Shown here: in pieces, positions 1 through 12,000 of the stretch
How positions within the stretch are numbered: position 1 is the first letter of the stretch
How the letters are laid out: each line of letters starts with the position of its first letter
From: Malacoraja senta
Lineage: Eukaryota
Direction of reading: 5' to 3'
NCBI GenBank assembly: GCA_038087875.1
Contig: JAXLNO010002508.1
Location: 62,001-126,000 of the forward strand
DNA length: 64,000 nucleotides
The notes under the pieces: generated by a model
Seen by the model: the letters and a program-made list of their open reading frames with translations, nothing else
Databases searched by the model: none
Told to the model about the DNA's origin: nothing
Translations under genes and position numbers: made by a program

Positions 1-56
1 GAACATCTGACGAAATGAGTTACTTGGAATGAGCGAAACCAAAAGGTAAGCTGCAG
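1..56 (-). CDS. USP34: USP34 exon, truncated by the window edge
   Basis: (S)[18 protein letters not shown]; acceptor cag at 57-59. Confidence 0.93.
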   Translation of the reverse strand, partial: MQLTFWFRSFQVTHFVRC

Positions 57-3000
57 CTGTAGGAATAAATAAAGTTATAATCAATTTAATGGATCACTGT
101 TCTTGTTCACTTAAAATTCAATATTAAATGTTCTGAGAACATAGTTTAGGAAAACAGGATTATAATCCTTAAAAAGGTTAAAGCCGACATATTCATAAAT
201 TAAAACAAAAATCCTGGAAATAACCAGCACATCAAGTGAAAGATCAAAGTTCTGATTCATTAACCATATTGCACTGCCCATTACTGTTGGTTGACTTGTT
301 GGGCTTTCTAGCATTTTGTGTTACCTCAGATCTCCAGGATTTGTATTCTGTTTTGAGCTCAAAGTACTCAAGTTTAATTAGAACTATCACCAAACATCCA
401 CTCAAAAAGAAACAATTTTAAATAAAGAACAATTTTAAAAGAACAAAAAGATTTAGAATAAATTACAAATACATTGAGTACATTCCATGAATTAGTTCTG
501 TCTCATTGGTAAAGACAACTGATCCTATTTACCCACATTTGTATATCAAATATACATTAAAGGTAGAAACTCCTCTGCCTTGCCTGATCACATTGCAATT
601 TTTTAAAAGATGGCCTGCACTACCATCTTTTCCCCTTTTGCAATGTTGATAACTCTGAGACAACTTACATGTTCTGACTCTAGGATAGTTGTGCGCCAGC
701 AAAAAACGTTCCACCCAGTTCTCCATGTTTTGAAGTACCCAGCTGTGAGCAAGCTTATTACGAGGGGTTTGCATTGCTAACCAGTCCAAGCACTGAGATG
801 GGTTGTATTCAATAACCTAATTCAAAACAAGAGATCTGACGTCAACTATTTAAAAACCATAAACACAATAAAAAAATCACCATAAAATTGAAAGACAGTT
901 ACTGTATCCAATAATTAAAATAAACTGATATAAACTTATATCTGAATTACACTGTGTCTTCGCCATTCATAAAATAGTTGTATGGACTTCCTGCGAATAA
1001 CAAAATCAAACCATGCAACAAAAAGCTGGAGTAACTCAGTGGGTCAGACATCATCTCTGGAGAAAAGAATAGGTGACGTTTCGGGTCGAGATCCTTCTTC
1101 AGACATGACCCTAAGGTTGCAGTGACAAACAGCAGTCATGGATAAAACAACTTTCATTTAAGTTCCAGCTTGGCACTACAAGCTTGTGTATTTCAGTCCA
1201 CATGCCTGGTGTTCCCAACCAGAACCCCATCTTTTGATATTTTATGACTTGCTAGCAAAATACGTCAAATGCAATCCATTTCATGGTAAACAGAATTACC
1301 AGGATACCATGGGAGAGGACTCTGAAAGAACTAAGTATATTTAGCCACAATGTCAATAATACAATGTCTGTGCTGAACATGATGCCGATTTAATCTTCAC
1401 CTCCTGCACCTGATCCATATCCCTCCATTCCTTGCATATCCTTGTGCCTATCTAAAATCTGCTTAAATGCCACTACTGCTTGCAGTCCTAGCAATGTCCA
1501 GGCACCCACCACTGTGTAATAAAGCTGTTCCTATACATCCTCAAACTTCCCCCCTCTGATCTCAATGCTATGCCCTCTAATCTTTAACATAATTTTCATA
1601 ACGTTATGGATCATTTCTTCCCCTGTTAAAGTGTGCTTTATAATCCAAACCAGTTTGTAAAAGTCAGTGAATTTATAATTGTACGAGACTAAAAATGTAT
1701 GCATACCTCCCAAATTCTCTGAAGAATATAAGAAGCAAATGGAGGCATTCCAGGTGGTCCACCAGCAAACTCCATCAACATGGATAACAGCTTAAAGAAA
1801 GGCTGTGCAGCCTAGAAATAACATAAACATGAATTTCAGCTTAGACATGGGAGAACGGTACCAATAGAAGCTATGTTTGCTTTTTCTTGAACATTAGATG
1901 CTGCTCAGTGCGACAAGAATTTATAGCTGTGAATGTAGTGCACTTTGCAGTAACGAAACAATAGGAAGAAATCGAAGATCTGACAGGGATTTTTAGTCAT
2001 CCACAAAAGTTCAATTAATCGAAAAAGGCAAGTCTGGCCAGGAAATTAGATTCCGTATAGTTTCATTCCTGAGTCACTGCATCACCTACTTAGTACCCCC
2101 CATAATGTTTGGGGCAAAGACCCATCATTTATTTATTTGCCTCTGTACTCCACAATTTGAGATTTGTAACAGAAAACCCCCCACATGTGGTTAAAGTGTA
2201 CATTATCAGATTTTATTAAAGGCCATTTTTATACATTTTGGTTTCACCATGTAGAAATTACAGCTGTGTTTATACATAGTCCCCCCCCCCATTTCAGGGC
2301 ACCATAATGTTTGGGGCACATGGCTTCACGGGTGTTTGTAATTGCTCAGGTGTGTTTAATTGCCTCCTTAATGCAGGTGTAAGAGAACTCTCAGCACCTA
2401 GTCTTTCCAGCACCTTTGGAAACTTTTATTGCTGTTTATCAAAATGAGGACCAAAGTTGTGCCAAAGAAAGTCAAAGAAGCCATTATGAGACTGAGAAAC
2501 AAGAATACAACTGTTAGAGACATCAGCCAAACCTTAGGTTTACCAAAATCAACTGTTTGGAACATCAATAAGAAGAAAAAGAGCACTGGAGACCTAATTA
2601 ATCGCAAAGGGACTGGCAGGCCAAGGAGGACCTCCACAGCTGATGACAGAAGAATTCTCTCTAATAATAAAGCAAAATCCCCAAACACCTGTCCGGCAGA
2701 GCAGAAACACTCCTCAAGAGTCAGGTGTGGATTTGTCAATGACCACTGTTCGCAGGAGACTTCATGAACAGAAATACAGAGGCTACACTGCAATATGCAA
2801 ACCACTGGTTAGCCGCAAAAATAGGATGGCCAGGTTATAGTTTGCCAAGAAGTACTTAAAAGAGCAACCACAGTTCTGGAAAAGGGTCTTGTGGACAGAT
2901 GAGACAAAGATTACCATATCAGAGTGATGGCTTGAGCAATGTATGGAGGAGAGAAGGAACTGCCCAATATCCAAAGCATACCACCTCATCTGTGAAACAT

Positions 3001-6000
3001 GGTGGTGGGGGTGTTATGGCCTGGGCATGTATGGCTGCTGAATGTACTGGCTCACTTATCTTCATTGATGATACAACTGCTATACACTTCAGAAAGAATT
3101 CTGAAGTGTATAGACACATCCTATCTGCTCAAGTTCAAACAAATGCCTCAAAACGCATTGGCCAGTGGTTCATTCTACAGCAAGACAATGATCCCAAACA
3201 TACTGCTAAATCAACAAAGGAGTTTATCAAAGCTAAAAAATAGTCAATTCCTGAGTGGCCAAGTCAATCACCCGATCTGAACCCAATTGAACATGCCTTT
3301 TATATGCTGGAGAGAAAACTGAAGGGGACTAGCCCCCAAAACAAGCATAAGCTAAAGATGGCTGCAATCCAGAGCATCACTAAAGAAGACGCCTGGTGAT
3401 GTCCATGAAACGCAGACTTCAAGCAGTCATTGCATGCAAAGGATATGCAACAAAATACTAAACATGACTTTCATTAATATGACATTGCTGTATCCCAAAC
3501 ATTGTGGTGCCCTGAAATGGGGGGACTATGTATAAACATTGCTGTAATTTCTACATGATGAAACCAAAATGGATAAAAATGGCCTTTATTAAAATCTGAC
3601 AATGTGCACTTTCACAACATGTGATTTTTTTCTATTACAAATCTCAAATTGTGGAGTACAGAGGCAAATAATAAATGATGGATCTTTGTCCCAAACATTA
3701 TGGATAGGTCTTTGTCCCAAACAGTATGTTGCTTAAATTAAAAAATATATATGGTTCTAAAAGGGGTAGACCAACTGTGAACAATGTCTGAAACTATCTG
3801 CTCTTCATAACTATACTTTCACTTATCATTACACAAATGCAACAAATATGTATTGCATACAAAAATAAACATATTACATTATGCTTAACTCAGTCCTAAC
3901 AGGACATGGCATAACATTTAGAACCTTGTGTCCATGTTGAAGAATAAAAGCAGAGGGCATCCTCGTCTTTGGTCTGTTCTGGCTAGATTGCTTGCTCACC
4001 TAAATACATATTTCAGAAATTAGGAAATGAGCCATACAATTGTCAAAATGGCAGTTACTGACCCATGGACTATCTTCGATCGAACTTCACTGGCTTTATC
4101 TTGCTCTAAACGTTATTCCCTTATCATGTATCTGTACACTATGAATGGCTCGATTGTAATCATGTATTGTCTTTCTGCTGACTGGTTAGCACACAACAAA
4201 AGCTTTTCACTGTACCTCGGTGAACGTGACAATAAACTAAACTGAACTGATTAAAGGTAGACACAAAATGCTGGAGTAACTCAGTGGGTGAGGCAGCATC
4301 AATGGAGAGAAGGAATTCTTCTGAACCCTTCTTCTGAATTGAACTGATCCTGGGGTTATATGATGCCGGCCAGAGTAATCCCCAAAAAAACCTGAATTAG
4401 ACACATTATTTGTCATTATCTAATAACCGCTATTATAAATGTGCTTGCAGATGAAATCAAGATTAAATCTAAGCATAGCTACATTGTTATATTATAAATA
4501 GACAATAGACTATAGGTGCAGGAGTAGGCCATTCGGCCCTTCGAGCCAGCACCGCCATTCAATGTGATCATGGCTGATCATCCCCAATCAGTACCCCGTT
4601 CCTGCCTTCTCCCCATATCCCCTGACTCCGTTATCTTTAAGAGCCCTATCTAGCTTTCTCTTGAAAGTATCCAGAGAACCGTCCTCCACCGCCCTCTGAG
4701 GCAGAGAATTCCACACTCACAACTCCCTGTGAGAAAAAGTGTTTCCTCGTCTCCGTACTAAAAATCAAGTCTGTTGACAGAAATCTCATACATAATTAAT
4801 ATTCACTTGGGCAAGATAACAAAAAAATGGATGACATCCAGGAATCCAAGTGCTCTATGTCAAAGAGAGAAACTGTGGGAGAAAGTTTGTGATGAATGAT
4901 AAAAAAATATTCCAACTAAAATTATAATGCCGTATTTAGTACTGAAGCTCAACATCTAAACAATGGATTTTTAATATTTTTTTTATAACTGGAACAACAA
5001 AGTTGGTACTTTCCCTCAAAGTCAAATGGAACACAATACCACAACATACCTCAGGTGTCAGCTTTGCTATTGATGTGAACAGCATAGAAACAATCTAGAT
5101 ACACAAAGAGAAAATTATATGTTAAAATATTTGCCATTCGCTCTACCTGAACATCAATGAAAATGTAAAGTATTGTTACTGAATTATACCAACACAAAAA
5201 GGTGCATACATGCTCTGCAAGTCGATTATTGTAGCGACACAGACTGAAGATCAAATTGCAGGTCTGCCTAATGTTGATGCCATCACGGATATGCTGAAAC
5301 AAAAATGGGAACCCCTGAAAGAGAAAATAAACCCATAAATTCTAAATATTAGAAATGTTTAAAAAATGGCCATGGTATTCAAGCACTTACAATATCACCA
5401 TTTTGAATCATTACCAAATGATTAATGCAATATGTCCTAAAACAAATGCCTGGACAATGAATTAGCAAAATTCTAAGTTCACCAGTCCAAGTAGTCCTTT
5501 GTGGAATCTGATTGTCATTAATTAAAATATATCACGAAGCTTGCATTTCACCACATAGACTATCCTGTGGCACTATTTCTCATTCTTATTGCACAACTAT
5601 TGCAGAAATTACAAAACCATCCAAATTTAATAAATTCATTAAAATACCATTGTAAATTGTCAGCGAGCACTAAAATGTCGCAAGACATTTGTCTTTGTTT
5701 ACTCTGTAATTAGAAATCCAGTAGATCAGATGCTTCTTTTCTACCATTTATTTTTCTCTGTAATAATATTGTAAACCATTTATAAATATAGATCAGAAAC
5801 CTTAAGAAACTAGGTCACACTGTAAGAACAAAAAGTAATGCATTGAAACATTACATGAAATGAGTTTGTAAATCTCCTTGCCAAGACCAATATTTCTGAT
5901 CTACAATTTAAATTTATTATTGATTAATTAGAAATACAATTTAGATTAACTCTTTAATTGTACCATCAAAACAAGGCAAATATTTTAAATTGCCATGGGC

Positions 6001-9000
6001 AAAGTAATGTTGGTCTATAAGGTCAAGCATTTCTAAAATAGAAAGAAATATATATCACCAGTTCTATGTCTACTGACGATACCTTGCCTCCTGTCAAGGC
6101 AGCCATGTCATTCTGCGACAAAGTCAGATGCCTATTTATAAAAGAATGGAAAGGCAACCATTAATCTTGAGCACTAAAAAGACTGGGATTTGATGCAATG
6201 TATAAATCAAAATATAGTTTTCAGAAATACAGATTAAAACAAGTTGAACTTTACTGTTAAATTCAAAAATTGCCACAAGCAAAGAAGATAATTAATATTC
6301 CAAAATTAAATTGGCGACATAGTTCAATTTTCAGGTTACCTCTAGATTTTAAAAAATCTGCAAAAAGAGTAGATGGTTGCGACAAACCAAGTTCTATTAA
6401 TGCAACGTACCTTTCTGAACGAGACTGCTCTACTAAAAGTGCAATTAAGGCAATCATCTTCTCTAGTGCTGCAGGTCTATACTTCTCTTCTGTTAAAGAT
6501 AAAATGTCTTCCTCTTCCTCTTCCTCCTCACCTTCTTCTTCAGATAATACCTCAACTTGTGGTTGGGGGAATTGCTAAAGTTTAAAAAATATAACATGAC
6601 AGCAAAGTTCAGATAATAAATGGTATTGTTTTATCACCTCCTTTTTAATTGTACATGATGTGGGAATGTCTGGAAATTATAAGAAAATTGGATGTTTGTG
6701 ATGTGATTAACCCAAGTCTTACATAGTGGAAGAGGATGATGGAAAAATCGGCCAACAGTGTTGGTATTTTAAGGGTCATGTTCAAAGAGGCAGTAATCAG
6801 ATTATGGAAGCGTTTAGATAATAAGGTGTAGTTACATGGAGCAAAGATTTAAATAAATGTTTGTATCAGGATGAGGGCAATGAAATTGATCAAAAGATAA
6901 GAGGGCTTTCCTGTACAGAATGTATAGGAGTATGGCTTTCTAAGCACAGAAAGAAAAGTCCCAGCTATCAGACAGATAGAGGCAACTGGAAATAACACAA
7001 TTAATGATTACAAAGTAAAGTAGGTTTCTGGAGAATAATTGAAAAATGTAAAATCCACATTCATACCACTGGGCTGTAAGCTGCCCAAGCGAAATATGAG
7101 ATGCTGTTCGTCCAATTACACTGGTAAGGCCTGAATAATCCGACTTGCTTGAGAAAATCACCACTGCTGAATGAGATTTTCTTTGACCATATTTAAGAGG
7201 GTGACTGGGTACTACATGAAAGCTTAATTCAAGGTACAGGCCAAACACACAAATTACTCGAACAATTGGTGCCACAAATAGGGTACTGCACAGAATGATC
7301 AACAACAATGCGGCTTCTGATTGGGTGATTACATATAATTTAACTCTATAGTTAGAGGAAGAGATCCCATATTATTGTCAGGCGACCATAACTTTTGGTA
7401 CGAAAAGAAAAAATTGGAGGAAAAATAATGCGTGGTGACATTGCTTGGCAAAATCGGCGAGGGGCAAGACATCAGGCACTGATGTAGAAAGGTAAGACAC
7501 AAGGTACTGGCGGGTAAGGCGACAGGTACTGACACGGAGACGTAAGAAATCCGTGATGCTGAGATGGGTTGACAAGGGTTGCTTATGTTGGGCAATAATT
7601 GCACGATGGTATAAATTAATACAAAATATTTAGTAGGGCGTGTGACGTACAGACTAAGGTTACCAATTTAAAAACTGAGACATCAAATGGGATCCATAGC
7701 ACAAACAAATCGATCACAATAAAATGCAATTAAAAAAGATGATAATTAAGAGAGTGTATAGGCCCACATGAAAGCTAGATTCAGGGTGCAGTCCAAAGAC
7801 ACAAATCCCTACAATAGTATAAGTATAAAACTTTAATAATCTTGTATAACAAAATGAACATGCTTATCAACAATGCAGATTAAAATAAGCTACGAGGTTT
7901 TTTAATGAGCACATTCTACAAAAGCTCAAACTTAAGAAATGACAGAAAATTCAGTTGTGTGGAGAAAAGGGAATTAAGAAATGCAAAAATAATTAATTTT
8001 AAAATAAACAAAAACAAAACAAAAAAATACCACTGCATAAAAACACTTTGTTCTACAAACATATTGCCATGTCTGAAAAGTTCTTACGTTTTCTGGTCCC
8101 TTTGTTCCCATGTAAAAATGTACCATTGTTGATATTGCTTGCAAGGACAAAAGAAACTGACTCTGAAACAATTAAATAACACATTGTTAGTAGGATCTTA
8201 TGAAAAAATATGTACATTTTAATTACCCCGCCTTCAAATGTTATTTAATACTTTATGCATCCGTTTCATTTACCTCTTCTTCTCCCATTTTGGCAAACTC
8301 AAACAAGAATGCAAAATACTCGGTGAGATGTTTGCTGTGAGGTTTGACTCCATGCTCCATTATAGATAAGAGTGTCTTCACAAACCTAGTTACACATGAA
8401 CGACTTCCAATATCTTCTACTGGACCATCCATATCATCAGAACTACAAAAGCAGAAATTGAGATGCATTAACTATATTGTCTTGATCATTGAATAATATT
8501 CTAAAACAATATGTTAAATAAAAACTAAGGTTAAATTTTAAAATCTAAAAATTTAAACTTTTGATATTTTTGCCTGAGAATTAATGTTGATAACTGAGCA
8601 ATAACTTTGCGATTTTATCCTTAAGCTGCAAACTGTGTATCAATTCCAGCAAGGAATAAAGTGACTGAATCTGGACACAACAATGCAATCATTAAAAAGA
8701 GCTGTCCGATAACTTTTAGTCATACTTGAACATTTAGAGTAGATTACTTTGAACACTTACTGTAAATAGAGTAACTACATTTCATTGCAGTTAACTGCAT
8801 TGTAAAATAATACAAACCTTTGAGTAAATAAGTATAAACAAATCGAGTTTTTACAATGGATATAGGATACCTTTCTAAGCCACTTTATTTAAAAAGCCAA
8901 AGAAAGTGAGAGTCACTATTTGATCTAGAAATGGAGAATTAACCTGAGTGGAATAGGGAGAAAAATATGGAGTTACATCAAGGCAATAATGAGCATTGTA

Positions 9001-12000
9001 ATGACCAGAATAATGACAATAAATGCAGATGCTGGAATCCAATAATAAAAGCAGGAAAGAGGGGAAACACAGCAGCTTAGGTAATATATAGGGAGGGATG
9101 AAGTTAACTGTTTCGCTTCTGATTAGGGGCATTTGAAATGTTAACTCTTTCAACAGATGCTGTCTGATCAGCTGAGTATTTGGACCATTTTCTGTGAACG
9201 TTATATTTTGCTTATTAATCAAGAAGAAATCAAGAATGAGCAAAACCAGTTGGACTGAAGAAAAGCAATCTTGGAGCTGAGAACAGAATTTATAAAGATA
9301 AAATGGGCAATAATATTAGCAACATATAAAGTACAACAACACTTGTTAATGCTTAAAAGACCTCAGCAGGGGGCAATGAAACCTCAAAAAGGAAAGACTA
9401 AAACTTGTGAACTCTCAATGATGATTAAAGATGTGTGGGAACAACTGACAATAGGGAAGATGCAGAGAAGTGCATGATAAGAGAGGCAATAAAGTAATTA
9501 GGCAGCAGTAAACAATAAGCATGTATCAAAGTTTAATTCAAGCACACTGAAGAGTAGTACATATAGTTACCATATTATAAATAAAAGGATGTAGATGCAC
9601 TGCAGAAGGTGTAGAGAAGGTTCACAAGAATTATGACAGAATGCAAAAATATATCAGATGAAAAGAATGGGCTTCTTTTCTTGAGAAAAGACTGAGGAAG
9701 ACTAACTGAGGAAGAGGTCTTTAAAATTATATAAAGTTTTGATAGAGTGGATACAGAATATTTCCATTCATGGGGAGAGAACATAATTCAAGGTTGTCAA
9801 TATATAGGATGGTCACCAATTAAGAATTTAAAGTCATTCTTCGGAACGGTCCTTCCATAGCTGGGATGCTGTCCGATTCATCTCTATCCAATTGCAGACA
9901 TTGGACTTTGTGTTGGGGACAGTTGCATTGCAATGCTGAGATTGATAGTCTGTGCTCTGTATCTCTGGTAGACCTGTGGTATACCTGTTATACTTGAGTT
10001 TGGCATGCTTGTATTTATGTTTAGAATTATCTGATTTGATTGGATAGCACACAAAGATTTTCACTGTAACTTGGTGCAAGTGATAATAATAATAATAATT
10101 ATAATAATAATAATAATAAAACCTAAAAATCTATAAAGTTATTTATTCAAAGAGTAATGAGAATGATAAACCTACTAACTGCAGTGGGTGAGACCTTTAA
10201 GGGAAGGCTAGAAAAGCATTGGAGAGGGAAGGAAATAGTGGGTTACACAAGCAATAGAAAAACATTTATTTTGGGTGACGTAGTAGGAAAAGCTCACTGC
10301 CAGAGACCTGGGTTCAACCCACACCTCGGGTGCTGTCTGTGTGGAATTTGCACATTTTCCCATAGATTTCTTCTGTGTGCTCCAGTTTCCTCCCAAATCT
10401 CAAAGATGTGTGGATTTGTAAGTTAATTGGCCTCAGTTTAAAAAAAAAACTTCCCCTAATGTGTAGGGTGTGGATGAGACAGTGGGATAACATAGAAATA
10501 GTGTGAAAGGTGTGATCGATGGTCGACGTGGACTCGGTGGGCCAAAGGGACCATTTCCATGCTGTATGTCTAAACTAAATCAAACATGAGTTTGCTTGAG
10601 TGGATTATAAACATTGCTATGGACTAAAGGGTTGTTTCTGTGTAACAAATCCCATTTATGCAAGTCCGGTAATCTCATGGTGGTATACCAATGAAGGTCC
10701 TTGCTATAGTTGAAAGATCGAGGGGCAATAAACTTTAAAAATACAATTAATGTTTATTTTAATTCCTTTATTCTACTTTTAAAAAAAACATTACCATATT
10801 AAACAGAATTATGCAATTACAATGGAAGAAATAAGCATTCACAGACAGACGAAGACAGTGCTGGAAAAACTCAGCGGATCAGACAGCATCTCTGGAGAAC
10901 ATGGATACCTAAGCATATAGGGTGTTGTTCCTAAAGTTTGTGTGTGGCTTCACTTTGGCAATGGAGGAGGGCCAGGACAGAAAGGTCAGTCGGGGAATAG
11001 GAAGAGGAGTTTAAATGGTTAGCACCCGGGAGATCCAACAGGCCTTCGTGGACCGAGCGCAGGTGTTCAGCGAAACGGTCAGTCTATGCTTGGTCTTGCC
11101 CATGTACAGGAGGCCACATCGGGAACACACCGGATGCAGTAGATGAGGAGTGAAAAGGTGCATGTGAACCTCTGGATCAGCTGGAAGGATTGCTAAGGTT
11201 CCCGGACGGAGGTGATGGAGGAGGTACAAGGTTAGGTGTTGCATCTCCTGTGGGGAAATTACCTGGGAAGGGGGTGGTTTGGTTGGGAAGGGACAAGTGA
11301 ACCAATGAGTTGCTGAGGGAGCGGTCTCTGCGGAAGGTGGAAAGGAGTGGGGATATGAAGATGTGACCGGTAGAGGGATCACGTTGGAGGTGATGGAAAT
11401 GTCGGAGGATGATTTGTTGAATGTGGAGGCTGTTGGGGTGAAAGGGAAGGACCAGGGAAACTCTATCCTTGTTCCACGCTGGGGGCAGGGGGAGCAAGAG
11501 CCGAACTACAGGACATGGGTGAGGGGTCCATCTAACCATTTCAACTACGTAACCCTCCCCCTCAGCTTCTTCCATCTTATAACCCCCCCCCCCACCCCTT
11601 CTCTCCATGTGCCAAACCTTGACGCACCCATTTCAGCCCACTTCCCTCACGTTTATCAACGTATTACCTGTGTAGGAAGGAACTGCAGATTCTGGTTTAA
11701 ACCGAACATAGACAAAATGCTGGAGTAACTCAGCGGGATAGGCAGCATTTCTGGAGAGAAGGAATGGGTGACTTTTCGGGTCGAGACAAAAAGAGGTCGG
11801 GTCTGAAGAAGGGTCTCGACCTGAAACGCCACCTATTCCTTCTCTCCAGAGATGCTGCCTGTCCCTCTGAGTTACTCCAGCATTTTGTGTCTATCAACGT
11901 ATTGCCTGCCAGGCCTTGCCCTGTCCTTCGTCTTACAGCTTTCTTCCCTTCCCTATAACCAGTCTGAAGAAGGGTCCTGACCTGCAATGCCACCTATGAG

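Noticed and set aside
7-40. CTGACGA...GAAAC on the plus strand resembling a hammerhead core
   Set aside because: It is the antisense of a USP34 coding exon and has no convincing stem II; coincidental.
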